From assembly GCA_964645535.1 (NCBI GenBank), contig CAZYCQ010000013.1, positions 1 through 63,473 on the forward strand: a stretch of DNA of 63,473 bases. Reading direction: 5' to 3'. The translations under genes and the position numbers were made by a program. Shown here piece after piece: positions 49,958 to 59,879 of this stretch (within the stretch, counting starts at the first letter, position 1; the number at the start of each line of letters is the position of its first letter). The DNA comes from an uncultured archaeon (GTDB lineage: Archaea; Asgardarchaeota; Heimdallarchaeia; Heimdallarchaeales; Kariarchaeaceae). The notes under the pieces are model-generated. The model ran no database searches. It saw only the letters and a list, made by a program, of their open reading frames with translations, and was not told the origin of the DNA.

Positions 49958-51239
49958 ATTTATAGCCATACCTATCCATTCCATCCTGATGATAAATCTT
50001 CCGAAACACCATTTTCATTTCATCTCCAATATTCAAATCTTGGATATTCACATCCGTCAATTGTGAAATCACTCGGGGACCGGTTTCAAACTCAATTATG
50101 CCGACACAGTATTCTCCTTCCAATCGTTGTTGCAGATCAAATTCTGTTGGTGCAGCACCTTTCAATATTTGGGTGAATGTATATAGCCGTCCTCTTCTAG
50201 GCAAGGGATCTGAAGGTTTGGTGGGGCTCCCACAGTCCTTGCATATCCTTCTTGGTGGAAAATGAACCAACCCACAATTGTCACAGATTGCAGATCTTAA
50301 CCTATACCTTGCCTCTTTTTCTGCAAAATATATCGGTGTTGAGATATAAGCCCCTTGAGGGATGGACACATTCCCCTGTGGCATGCCTCTTCTCATCAAA
50401 AATCCTGCTCCATCAAGATTGAACGTGGGTATGGATTTGACTACTTGGGGAGGGTTCTTCCCTCTAAAATGCATGGCGATCCCCCCTGCTTCTTCGACAG
50501 CAACCAATGTAAGGTTTTGATCCGGTGTGAAACTGTTTTCGATGAAATAAATAAAGGAGCTGAGTCCGGTTGCAATTCCTGCGAATCCGAATCTTTTGGA
50601 TCCTTCTGATTCAAAGTTTTTGATTTTACGACTTGCTGCCTTCAAGTTTGCCACATTTGCAAAAAGCTTACCTTCATCTTTTGAGATAGCAGTAATGCTA
50701 TCAATCAATGCATTTTCAACAGATGGACTAAATACTCTTCCGTCAAGCCTTGTCTCCATTCCCATGAGGGGCGGTAGGTCAGTGGTTTCAACGAGCTCCA
50801 ATCCCCTTTCTTCTCCAGAATAACCTCCTACTGCTGCGCCACTGCAATAGACATCCGTACCATCATCCTTCCCTTTTGGTACATCTACAACTAGGAATGC
50901 AGCTCCGACATTGCTACAGGTTTCTTTTATGGTCAAAAGGGCGTTCATTTCTCCATACTGATAAAATTTAACCTCTTCCGGAATCAAACCTGTCGCCTCA
51001 AGAAAGACAGCCCGATCCAGTTCTCCATTCGAGCAAAGATAGAGGACATCAGGTTTTGTTCCTACTGTATCAATCAGATCAAAATATGTATTGACCGCCA
51101 AGGTTGTCGCATCCTGATCTAAACCCAATTTACAGATCGACATGTATGAATTCAGAATAGGAGAATTCCAAAATGTCCTCAATTCAGATACATCGATTTT
51201 GTACCTGGGGTACCTAATAATCATGTGTGTTAATGGCAT
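49941..51239 (-). CDS. HMG-CoA-synthase-like (degenerate) domain fused to Zn-ribbon/OB-fold DUF35
   Basis: N-terminal PRYKI..DQDATTLAV, SGAAV; C-terminal GAYIS, RYRL, CDNCG.VHFPPR..CKDC, RYGYKF. Confidence 0.8.
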   Translation of the reverse strand: MPLTHMIIRYPRYKIDVSELRTFWNSPILNSYMSICKLGLDQDATTLAVNTYFDLIDTVGTKPDVLYLCSNGELDRAVFLEATGLIPEEVKFYQYGEMNALLTIKETCSNVGAAFLVVDVPKGKDDGTDVYCSGAAVGGYSGEERGLELVETTDLPPLMGMETRLDGRVFSPSVENALIDSITAISKDEGKLFANVANLKAASRKIKNFESEGSKRFGFAGIATGLSSFIYFIENSFTPDQNLTLVAVEEAGGIAMHFRGKNPPQVVKSIPTFNLDGAGFLMRRGMPQGNVSIPQGAYISTPIYFAEKEARYRLRSAICDNCGLVHFPPRRICKDCGSPTKPSDPLPRRGRLYTFTQILKGAAPTEFDLQQRLEGEYCVGIIEFETGPRVISQLTDVNIQDLNIGDEMKMVFRKIYHQDGMDRYGYKFTKLT

Positions 51240-52400
51240 CTATTTTTCCCTCCTTAGAATATGGACTGCGCAAGTTGCACCTGAACCACCTACGTTATGA
51301 GCCAATCCAACAGTTGCCCCTTGGATCTGTCTATTTCCTGCATCCCCCCGCAACTGTTTCCATAGTTCCACAATCTGTCCCGTACCTGTGGCGCCTAATG
51401 GGTGGCCTTTGGCTTTCAACCCTCCTGAAGGGTTGATCGGGAAACTTCCACTGATTTCTGTCTCTCCATCAAGGACTGGTTGCGCTGCCTTTCCTTTCTC
51501 AAATATTCCAAGATCTTCAATCGCCAAAATTTCTGCAATGGTAAAACAATCATGGACTTCAGCAAAATCAACGTCAGAAATCTCAATTGATGCTTCTGTC
51601 AATGCTTCTTTTGCTGCCCTTCGAGTTGCTTCCAAAGTGGTTATGCTCTTTCTATCGTGGATGGCCAAATAATCCGAAGAAGCACCTGATCCCTCAATCC
51701 AGATGGGGTCATCTGTAATTTCTCTTGCTTTTTCCTCTGAAGCCAAAAACACGACGGATGCACCATCCGATGTGGGACAGCAGTCAAAAAGACCAAGAGG
51801 TGGAGCAACCATGGGTGCATTCAATACCCTGTCAAGACTAATCTCCTTTTGAAACTGGGCATCGGGATTCTTGGAACCGTTTCTGTGATTCTTCACTGCA
51901 CAAGTTGCTAAAGCTTCTCTTGGCGTATTGTATTCATGCATATGTCTTTTGGCCATCAATGCATAAATGCCCGCAAATGTAGCTCCTGCCAACCTTTCCC
52001 ATTCGGTATCGCCGGAAACCCCTAACCAATATCTCTGATGTCCTGAACTAAGATCATTCATCACTTCAACCCCTCCTGCCAGAACCAAATCGGCACCATT
52101 CTTTACTGCCCGGTAAGCATCACGAAACGCAAATCCGCTTGAAGCACAGGCGTTTTCGACCCTTCTGGCGGAAAGAGTTGGCATACCTCCCTGCTCGACC
52201 AAAAGGGCGGCTGGGTTTCCTAGTTGACCTCCACCTACGCCCAGGTTTCCAATAAATGCTTCCTTTACATCTCTTAAATTCAATTCCTTGTCAACATTGT
52301 CAAGCGCCTTCTGCAACGCCTCAATAAAAAGCCCCTTAATTCCTTTGCCAGGAAAGGAACCAAATCGAGTTTGTCCCGCGGCAACGACTGCAACTTTCAT
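51240..52400 (-). CDS. Thiolase (acetyl-CoA acetyltransferase, archaeal type)
   Basis: VENACASSG, DCCPTSDGA, EVHDCFT, GHPLGATG, HNVGGSG. Confidence 0.93.
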   Translation of the reverse strand: MKVAVVAAGQTRFGSFPGKGIKGLFIEALQKALDNVDKELNLRDVKEAFIGNLGVGGGQLGNPAALLVEQGGMPTLSARRVENACASSGFAFRDAYRAVKNGADLVLAGGVEVMNDLSSGHQRYWLGVSGDTEWERLAGATFAGIYALMAKRHMHEYNTPREALATCAVKNHRNGSKNPDAQFQKEISLDRVLNAPMVAPPLGLFDCCPTSDGASVVFLASEEKAREITDDPIWIEGSGASSDYLAIHDRKSITTLEATRRAAKEALTEASIEISDVDFAEVHDCFTIAEILAIEDLGIFEKGKAAQPVLDGETEISGSFPINPSGGLKAKGHPLGATGTGQIVELWKQLRGDAGNRQIQGATVGLAHNVGGSGATCAVHILRREK

Positions 52401-52507
52401 TACCCTCCTTTCGGACTTCCGTAATTCAACCTTTCGCCAGAAAAACTGGTCTGTATCATTTTTCCAATTGCGAACAAGACATATAGGGTTGGGAGAAGTA
52501 CTATAGG

Positions 52508-53230
52508 ATGATGAATTTTGATTATGAATTTGAAAAGATTAAATCTGACCGAGAGTCTGGATCACTTGATTTGGCATTGGCCTTTCTTGATTTGGTTCGC
52601 AACTCCACTCCTCCCAAAGAAACTATTTTGGATCGCCTCTCAGATCTAGAGGCCACTTTTCCGGATATGACTATTTTCTCGAAAATCAAGGCACAAATCA
52701 TCCAAGGAATAAAAAATGGTAATGATATCCACTCCGTTTTTGCAAATCTTCAAAATCAACTAGAGCACTCAATTGAAAGATTAACAACCCGAGTTAAACA
52801 CCTCGTCACTCCTAAGGATTTAATTCTCACTTTTTCCAACAGCAGGACATTGAGCTCACTGCTCCAGTCAATCAAGGTAAAGAAGGTCTTTGTGGCACAT
52901 TCACTCCCTGGGGGTGAAGGTGAGATTCTTTATGGAATTCTTAAAAAATTCCAAAACACGGAATTGATCGAAGATAACCAAATTGAAGAAGTTCTTTCTC
53001 TTGATGGTGTAAAAGTAATGATTTCATGTGATTCAGTTGTTCCTAAAATTGGGTTCGTTAACAAAGTAGGCACTGCAAACTTATGTGCTCTGGCTCAAGA
53101 AAAAGACGTTCCTGTCATCTTAGTGGGGGGATGGTTGAAGGAAACAGATCTGATTGCCCAAAATTCACAATCACCTCTTTTGGAATGGATACCGTGGTTC
53201 GATAACATTGTCTATGTTTCGGATCGCTGA
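52508..53230 (+). CDS. IF-2B (eIF2B alpha/beta/delta-like) family protein
   Basis: DRESGS, LTFSNSRTL, SLPGGEG, CDSV, VNKVGT. Confidence 0.8.
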   Translation: MMNFDYEFEKIKSDRESGSLDLALAFLDLVRNSTPPKETILDRLSDLEATFPDMTIFSKIKAQIIQGIKNGNDIHSVFANLQNQLEHSIERLTTRVKHLVTPKDLILTFSNSRTLSSLLQSIKVKKVFVAHSLPGGEGEILYGILKKFQNTELIEDNQIEEVLSLDGVKVMISCDSVVPKIGFVNKVGTANLCALAQEKDVPVILVGGWLKETDLIAQNSQSPLLEWIPWFDNIVYVSDR

Positions 53231-53296
53231 AGCAATTCACAATTTGTGTATTAAAAAAGAATAAAACATAAATATATGCTTGTTTTTCACTATATT

Positions 53297-54031
53297 ATGG
53301 TTCGAAAGCACATCATGATTTTTCTTGCATTGGTACTGATCTTTTCTGTGGTGAACGAATCGACAGGCGTTGAATTTGTAGAATTGTATTTCTCTCAGGA
53401 ACTGAAATCTGATGATTACTTCCAATGGAAGGTTGTTGATCAATTTGAAAATTTTGAGGGAATCTATGAGTTGACTGTTCTAAAAACACCTACGATAAAT
53501 TTTGCCACTATTCAATCAGAAGCGGATTATTCCAAAACTTTTCAAGAATATTTTGAGATGACTAAAGCCTCAGAACCTTTCATCCCTTCTGAGGAAGCCT
53601 TCTACCAATTTTTGATCCCCACACGGGTTGCCCTTAGTGATGGAACTTCCGGGCTCAAGGAAGCTTTCTTTCCTTATTTTTACGATGATGTATATTTCAA
53701 TGAAAATTCAAACTGGTCAGTTACGGAAGATGAGCCATATCTTGTTTTCAATGCTTCTGTCCAATATTCTGCCGATCAATCCTCATTTTTTTACATGAAG
53801 GTTCATGAATTGACCGGCGCAAATGTGTTCTTCAATTACACTTCAATAGATGGTGGCACTCTCAGATATACCATTATTGAACTCAATGCATCCAATGCAA
53901 TTCATGATGCTGGCAATTCTGACACTTCAAATAGTCAAACGTCTGATTTTCCATTTCTTCCCTTTTCATTGATTCTTCTGCCTTTGATTAGAAAGAAATT
54001 AAGGTTCCATAAAGTCCACTATTCCATTTGA
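53297..54031 (+). CDS. Secreted/surface protein with C-terminal membrane anchor
   Basis: Signal peptide from MVRKH; S/T/N linker then DFPFLPFSLILLPLIRKKLR. Confidence 0.7.
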   Translation: MVRKHIMIFLALVLIFSVVNESTGVEFVELYFSQELKSDDYFQWKVVDQFENFEGIYELTVLKTPTINFATIQSEADYSKTFQEYFEMTKASEPFIPSEEAFYQFLIPTRVALSDGTSGLKEAFFPYFYDDVYFNENSNWSVTEDEPYLVFNASVQYSADQSSFFYMKVHELTGANVFFNYTSIDGGTLRYTIIELNASNAIHDAGNSDTSNSQTSDFPFLPFSLILLPLIRKKLRFHKVHYSI

Positions 54032-54937
54032 TGTAGCTACAGCAAACGCAAGATCCTTGGTTGTTTTGGTTGCAACGAATGCACCGTCTTTTGTCACTGC
54101 AATAAGACCTGCTTGACCTCCAATTACATTTTTCAAATAATCCAAGGCAAATTGTGCCGCTTCATCTGCTTTCATCCCTCTGATTAATCCTTCTTTCATT
54201 TTCATCCCCAACACACTCTTGATTATGACCTCTCCCACACCTGTTGCAGAAAAGGCCAACTCCTCGTCTGCATATGTTCCAGCACCAAATATCGGCGTAT
54301 CTCCGACCCTTCCGGGAAGTTTGCCTAACACCCCTCCAGTTGATGTAGCAGCTGCCAAATTACCGTTTACGTCAATGGCCACTGCACCTACAGTGCCATA
54401 TTTCTCTCTTCTTTCGGGGTCACCTTGAGGTTTAATGTAATCTCCATACTGTTTCCTTTCTTTTCGGTATTTTTCAAGACGATCTTTTGATCGCTGGGAG
54501 ATAAGTGTTTCAGGATCAACAAGATCAAATCCTTTTGAACTGTAAAATTTCTCTGCCCCTTCCCCAATAAAAAGCACATGGGGACTTTGTTCCATTACTA
54601 CACGTGAAGCATGGATTGGATTCCGGATTCTTGAAACCCCTGCCACTCCGCCTACAGAATGTGATGTTCCATCCACGATCATGGCGTCCATTTCCAACGT
54701 TCCGTCCTCGGTCAATACAGATCCAAAGCCTGCATTGAACATAGGTGAATCCTCCATATTCATGACTGCCTTTTCCACTGCATCCAATGCCCTTCCTCCA
54801 TTTTGCAGAATTTTCCATCCACTTTCCGCAGCTTCGCGAATGGCTATTTTCACTTGTTCTTTCAGATGGTCAGGAATGGTTCCGGCACCTCCATGTACGA
54901 CAATTATAGGCTCTCGATGACCCATGGTTGTTCCCAT
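53999..54937 (-). CDS. iaaA: Isoaspartyl peptidase / L-asparaginase (Ntn)
   Basis: VVHGGAG, FNAGFGS, EMDA, GTVGAVA, ATSTGG, GRVGDTP; start 54937 or 54925. Confidence 0.93.
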   Translation of the reverse strand: MGTTMGHREPIIVVHGGAGTIPDHLKEQVKIAIREAAESGWKILQNGGRALDAVEKAVMNMEDSPMFNAGFGSVLTEDGTLEMDAMIVDGTSHSVGGVAGVSRIRNPIHASRVVMEQSPHVLFIGEGAEKFYSSKGFDLVDPETLISQRSKDRLEKYRKERKQYGDYIKPQGDPERREKYGTVGAVAIDVNGNLAAATSTGGVLGKLPGRVGDTPIFGAGTYADEELAFSATGVGEVIIKSVLGMKMKEGLIRGMKADEAAQFALDYLKNVIGGQAGLIAVTKDGAFVATKTTKDLAFAVATSNGIVDFMEP

Positions 54938-55071
54938 AGGGCTTGAGTTAAGAAATATTCCATTCCCTCCAATCATGACTGCGACCAACAGTCTATTCTT
55001 TTGAAAGTCTTTTTTTCGTATACCATGGGTCGCCCAAAGCAAACTATTTTGAAACAAGGTTCGATGTTATC

Positions 55072-56232
55072 ATGATGAATTTCGAATTCAATGAAGATCA
55101 GAAAATAATACAGGAAACCGTACGCGATTTTGCTCAAACCCGCCTTTCGAAGGTTGCAGAAAGGATGGATCGTGAGGACTATTGGCCCCATGACCTTTTT
55201 CTTGAGCTAGGAGAACTCGGTCTACTTGGACCTACTGTTCCTGAGGAATATGGCGGGGCTGGTGCAGACTACATTGTACAGGCCATCATTTTAGAGGAGC
55301 TGGCAAAAGTCAGTCCTGCATTTGCACTAAGCATAGGTGCACATTCCAATCTAGTATTGGACAACATTCGTAGAAATGCAAACCATGAACAGAAACAAAA
55401 GTATCTCCCACGTCTTTGTTCTGGCGAATGGATGGGTGCTCTTTGCCTGACTGAACCGGACCATGGCTCTGATGCATTGGGAATGGAAACAACTGCAAGA
55501 CGAGAAGGAGATTACTATGTCTTGAATGGTTCAAAGACATTCATCACCAATGCTCCACTTGCCCAATTGGGTATCGTGTATGCAAAAACCCGACCTGATC
55601 TGGGACCAAAAGGAATCAGCGCGTTTCTTGTTGAGCTTGACTCTGAAGGGGTTTCACGAGGAAAAGCAATGGACAAAATGGGAATGCGGGGATCCAAAAC
55701 CGGAGAACTCTTCTTTGATGAAGTCAAGGTTCCGGCAGAGAATCTAATGGGAATTGAGAATGAAGGAAGAAAAATTGTGATGTCAGGACTTTCAGCGGAG
55801 CGAGCCACACTTGCCGCCATCTCAGTCGGTATTTGCCAAAGAGCTGGAGAAATCGCCCTCAATTACTCCTTGGAACGCGAGCAGTTTGGGCAGAAAATCG
55901 CCAATTTCCAGATGATACAGGACAAACTGGCAAGAATGTATGTAGAAGGCAAAGCAAGCCGTTTGCTTGTCTATTGGGCACTTAAGGAAATTGAACGAGA
56001 CCATCGAGCAAACGTTCCGGCGGCTGCATCGATTTATTACGCTGCTGAAAGGTCAACCCAAATCGCACTTGATGCTATCCAAGTTCTGGGCGGATACGGC
56101 TACATGAAAGAATATGAAATCGAGAAATTCGCCAGAGATGCAAAGCTATTAGAAATCGGTGCTGGTACCTCTGAAATTCGGAAGTTGATCATCGCAAAAG
56201 AACTTATCAGAAAAGGCAAGTTCGAACTCTAG
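55072..56232 (+). CDS. Acyl-CoA dehydrogenase (isovaleryl-CoA dehydrogenase-like)
   Basis: LSIGAHSNL, LTEPDHGSDA, LNGSKTFITN, KMGMRGS, RDAKLLEIGAGTSEI. Confidence 0.92.
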   Translation: MMNFEFNEDQKIIQETVRDFAQTRLSKVAERMDREDYWPHDLFLELGELGLLGPTVPEEYGGAGADYIVQAIILEELAKVSPAFALSIGAHSNLVLDNIRRNANHEQKQKYLPRLCSGEWMGALCLTEPDHGSDALGMETTARREGDYYVLNGSKTFITNAPLAQLGIVYAKTRPDLGPKGISAFLVELDSEGVSRGKAMDKMGMRGSKTGELFFDEVKVPAENLMGIENEGRKIVMSGLSAERATLAAISVGICQRAGEIALNYSLEREQFGQKIANFQMIQDKLARMYVEGKASRLLVYWALKEIERDHRANVPAAASIYYAAERSTQIALDAIQVLGGYGYMKEYEIEKFARDAKLLEIGAGTSEIRKLIIAKELIRKGKFEL

Positions 56233-56236
56233 CGAA

Positions 56237-56923
56237 TTGTTTGTTAAGTCCTGTCTCCATTTTCATCCTGTGAAAATCATTATTTTCGACCTAGACGGCA
56301 CAATTGTTGACAATCAGGATATTTTGCTCCAAGCCTTCAAATATTCCTATTCAAACACAATGGTGCCGTATCCCGGAGACGAGGCAATCAGGGAACTATT
56401 CGGCAAGGATCTTAAGACAATCATGCAGACCCTCAATTATCCCATGCAAAAATACACGATGTTCAAGGAGACCTTCTCAAAGTTTCTCTCAAACCATCCC
56501 TCTTCAAAAATCGTTCCGGGAATGATTGATGTGCTGAATGAGTTAAAATTCCAGAAGTTCACGATGGCTTTGGTGACCTCAAAATCTAGAAAGCTTGTCA
56601 ATGATGAACTTATCACTCTTGGAATAAGGGAATTTTTCAGTGCAATTGTCGATGAGAGCTCAACAACAGTGCATAAGCCAGATCCTGCTCCCCTACTCAA
56701 GGCTTGTGAACTTCTGGACGTTGTTCCATCATCTGCCATTCCATATGTGGGTGATTCCAGATTTGATATGATTGCTGCGTGTCGGGCAGGGCTTTTTCCG
56801 ATAGGTGTAACTTGGGGTGTCCATGGGAAAGACGTGGTTGCAAATCTCCCTCAAAACTGTCCACAGCCTCCCATATTTGATTCTCCAATGGATCTGCTTC
56901 AATTCCTCAAAAATTTGCATTAA
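56237..56923 (+). CDS. HAD-superfamily hydrolase (PGPase/PPase-like)
   Basis: FDLDGT, VTSK, HKPDP, YVGDSRFD. Confidence 0.9.
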   Translation: MFVKSCLHFHPVKIIIFDLDGTIVDNQDILLQAFKYSYSNTMVPYPGDEAIRELFGKDLKTIMQTLNYPMQKYTMFKETFSKFLSNHPSSKIVPGMIDVLNELKFQKFTMALVTSKSRKLVNDELITLGIREFFSAIVDESSTTVHKPDPAPLLKACELLDVVPSSAIPYVGDSRFDMIAACRAGLFPIGVTWGVHGKDVVANLPQNCPQPPIFDSPMDLLQFLKNLH

Positions 56924-56983
56924 ATTGGCACAATTCCTTGAACACCCAACAATGTTCATATTATTTTTTTTAATTCTTATCTT

Positions 56984-58336
56984 ATGAACATCGACGACAT
57001 CAGGGACCTTTACCCGATCACCAAGGTAAAGCTTCCCGGATCAGAACGCTGTAGTCCTCGGGATTTAATCTATTTTGACCATGCTGCGAGCACCCACGCT
57101 CCTAAACCCGTATTGGACGCATACATAGAGATGCATACTCACCGATATGCCAACATCCATAGAGGTGAGCATTACCTTTCCCAAATCAGCTCTGACATGT
57201 TTGATCATGTCCAGGATATTATTGGAGATTTCCTTGGTGTGAAAGATATCCACACAGAAGGCATTCAAGGCATTATAACCACGAATACTACATCTTCCCT
57301 TGATCTTGCCAGCCATGTCATGGCAGAAACCCCTGGAAAAGTCCTGACAACTGTAATGGAACACCATTCCAATATTCTTCCACATAAACGAAGATCCCAA
57401 GTCGTATTCGCAAATGTCGATGAGAATGGAATGCTTATGTTGGACGAAATCGAAGATATCCTCCAGAAAGAGGACATCAAGCTGGTTGCAGTTTCAGGAG
57501 GATCAAACGTGACTGGATATGTCCCTCCAGTCGAAAAGATTGCACGACTCGCCCATGATGCAGGTGCAAAGATTCTGGTGGATGCCGCCCAGCGCATTGC
57601 ACATATGAAGCTTGAAATGAAACCTTCTGATCATCCGGAACACCTCGATTTCATTGCAGGTGCAGGACATAAGTTCTATGCACCTTTCGGATCCGCTTTT
57701 CTGATGGGCCCTGTGGACTTGTTTGATCAGGCACCTCCCTACATTCCCGCGGGTGGCACCGTCGCCTTTGTTACTACCGAAGAGGAACTCTATCTGAATG
57801 GTCCAAGCCGGCAAACTCCTGGAACTCCAAATATTGCAGGGGCTGTTGCAATGGGTGAGGCACTGAAATTCCTCTCATCCTACGGTATGGAAACTCTTCG
57901 GAACCATGAAATGGTTTTGCTTGAGAAAATGCTTAAGGGTCTTGACCAAATTGACGGGGTCAACGTTCTTGGCAATGTTCCAACTTCCTCTAGAGTGGGT
58001 GTGGTCTCCTTCACGATTGATGGAATCTCCCATAGCCACGGTGCCCGTTTGCTTGATGAGATCGGTGGAATTGCATGCAGAAATGGATGTTTCTGTGCGC
58101 ATCCTTACATGCTTCGTTTATTGAACGTGCCGGAGGAACATTCCGCAAATCTTCGTAAACGATTGATAGCCGGTGAAGATGTTGAACTTCCAGGGGCAAT
58201 TCGCGCATCCATTGGTATTTACAATACACAAGATGAGGTGGACAAGTTCCTTACTGTGGTGGAGACTATTGCTACGAAAAAAGATAGTTTGGACATGCCT
58301 CCCAAGGAACTCTCTATGCTATGTGGTATTAATTGA
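56984..58336 (+). CDS. Class V PLP enzyme, cysteine desulfurase-like
   Basis: YFDHAAST, EHHSN, SNVTG, VDAAQ, GHKFYAPFG, GTPN, RNGCFCAHP. Confidence 0.9.
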   Translation: MNIDDIRDLYPITKVKLPGSERCSPRDLIYFDHAASTHAPKPVLDAYIEMHTHRYANIHRGEHYLSQISSDMFDHVQDIIGDFLGVKDIHTEGIQGIITTNTTSSLDLASHVMAETPGKVLTTVMEHHSNILPHKRRSQVVFANVDENGMLMLDEIEDILQKEDIKLVAVSGGSNVTGYVPPVEKIARLAHDAGAKILVDAAQRIAHMKLEMKPSDHPEHLDFIAGAGHKFYAPFGSAFLMGPVDLFDQAPPYIPAGGTVAFVTTEEELYLNGPSRQTPGTPNIAGAVAMGEALKFLSSYGMETLRNHEMVLLEKMLKGLDQIDGVNVLGNVPTSSRVGVVSFTIDGISHSHGARLLDEIGGIACRNGCFCAHPYMLRLLNVPEEHSANLRKRLIAGEDVELPGAIRASIGIYNTQDEVDKFLTVVETIATKKDSLDMPPKELSMLCGIN

Positions 58337-58418
58337 GCGAAAAGAATTCACTGACCTTTCTCCAAATATAGTTTCTTGATACAATAAATTTTTACTCTCA
58401 ACAAATAAATCAGGTAAG

Positions 58419-59879
58419 ATGACACAGGAACTTGCACACGAATTGATGTATGTCGGTGGGGAATGGAGAGCGTCTTCAAGTGGCGAAACCCATACCCTCT
58501 ACAATCCAGCAACCGGGGAAAAATTGGCTTCAGTACCGTATGCGTCAAAGGATGATGCGGATCTGGCCATTGAAACCGCAAAATCCGTCCTAACTGATGA
58601 GACTTGGAAGGGAATGGATCCCTCAAGGCGGGGTTCCCTTTTGCGAAAGCTTGCCAAACTAACATATGACCATGCCAAAGAACTTGCACTCATTGAGAGT
58701 CAAAACAATGGAAAAACTATGCGGGATGCAATGGGTGATGTTCGTTTCGCTGCCCAAACTCTCGATTATTATGCCGGATGGTGCGATAAAATTGAAGGGA
58801 GAACCATTCCCGTTCCTGGCGCAAGACTTGATTATACCTTGAGACAACCACTTGGTGCAACTCTGCATATCATCCCTTGGAACTTTCCCTTACAGTTGGC
58901 GATCCGCTCAATAGCTCCTGCCTTGGCAGCAGGCTGTTCAGTTATTGCGAAACCAGCAAGCCTGACGCCACTTTCCCTTCTCCGATGGGCAAGATTGGCG
59001 GAGGAGGCAGGCATTCCAAAAGGTGTTCTGCAAGTCATCACGGGCTCTGGAAGTAAAATTGGCGATTATTTGGTTAGGTCTCCAAATATAGACGGTATTT
59101 CAGTGACTGGAAGTGTGGAAACTGGCGCCGCAGTGATGAAGGCGGCCGCAGACAATATTACTCCTGTCACCTTAGAACTTGGTGGAAAAGGTGCCAACAT
59201 TGTCTTGCCGGATGCGAACCTGAAAAGAGCCGCAAAAGGAATCTGTTTTGGCATATTTTGGAATGCCGGACAGATGTGCTGGGCGGGTGCCCGCTTGATT
59301 GCACATGAGGAAATTGCCACTGAACTTGTTGATTTGGTAAAGGATGAGGTTGCAAAGTGGAAAATTGGACCAGGCACCGAGGAAGGCGTTCGAATTGGAT
59401 CCTTGGTGAGCCAAGATCAAAGGGAAATAGTCCTCGATTACGTACGAAAGGGTATCGATTCTGGTGCAAAACTTGTTGTTGGAGGAGGTCCACCAAAAGA
59501 TGAATCATTGAAAAACGGAGCATTCCTTGAACCGACCATCCTTGCTGAGGTTGATCCAAACAATGTCGTGGCAAAGGAAGAAATCTTTGGACCTGTCCTT
59601 TCGGTCATTCCATTTTCAGACCTAGATGAAGCCATCAGAATTGCGAATGATACCGACTTTGGTTTGTTGAACGGTATTTGGACTTCGAATCTCCGTAATG
59701 CACACTTCTTGGCAAAGGAGCTTGAGAGTGGCATGGTTTCAATCAATGAATATCCAGTCACATTTCCCCAAACCCCATTCATAGGCTGGAAGAAAAGTGG
59801 CATCGGTGCAGAACAGGGTGAAATGGCTCTGCAATTCTATTCCAGAACCAAAAATGTAAACGTTAATTTCTCGTTTTAG
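58419..59879 (+). CDS. Aldehyde dehydrogenase
   Basis: IPWNFP, TGSVETG, LELGGK, NAGQMC, EEIFGP. Confidence 0.95.
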   Translation: MTQELAHELMYVGGEWRASSSGETHTLYNPATGEKLASVPYASKDDADLAIETAKSVLTDETWKGMDPSRRGSLLRKLAKLTYDHAKELALIESQNNGKTMRDAMGDVRFAAQTLDYYAGWCDKIEGRTIPVPGARLDYTLRQPLGATLHIIPWNFPLQLAIRSIAPALAAGCSVIAKPASLTPLSLLRWARLAEEAGIPKGVLQVITGSGSKIGDYLVRSPNIDGISVTGSVETGAAVMKAAADNITPVTLELGGKGANIVLPDANLKRAAKGICFGIFWNAGQMCWAGARLIAHEEIATELVDLVKDEVAKWKIGPGTEEGVRIGSLVSQDQREIVLDYVRKGIDSGAKLVVGGGPPKDESLKNGAFLEPTILAEVDPNNVVAKEEIFGPVLSVIPFSDLDEAIRIANDTDFGLLNGIWTSNLRNAHFLAKELESGMVSINEYPVTFPQTPFIGWKKSGIGAEQGEMALQFYSRTKNVNVNFSF

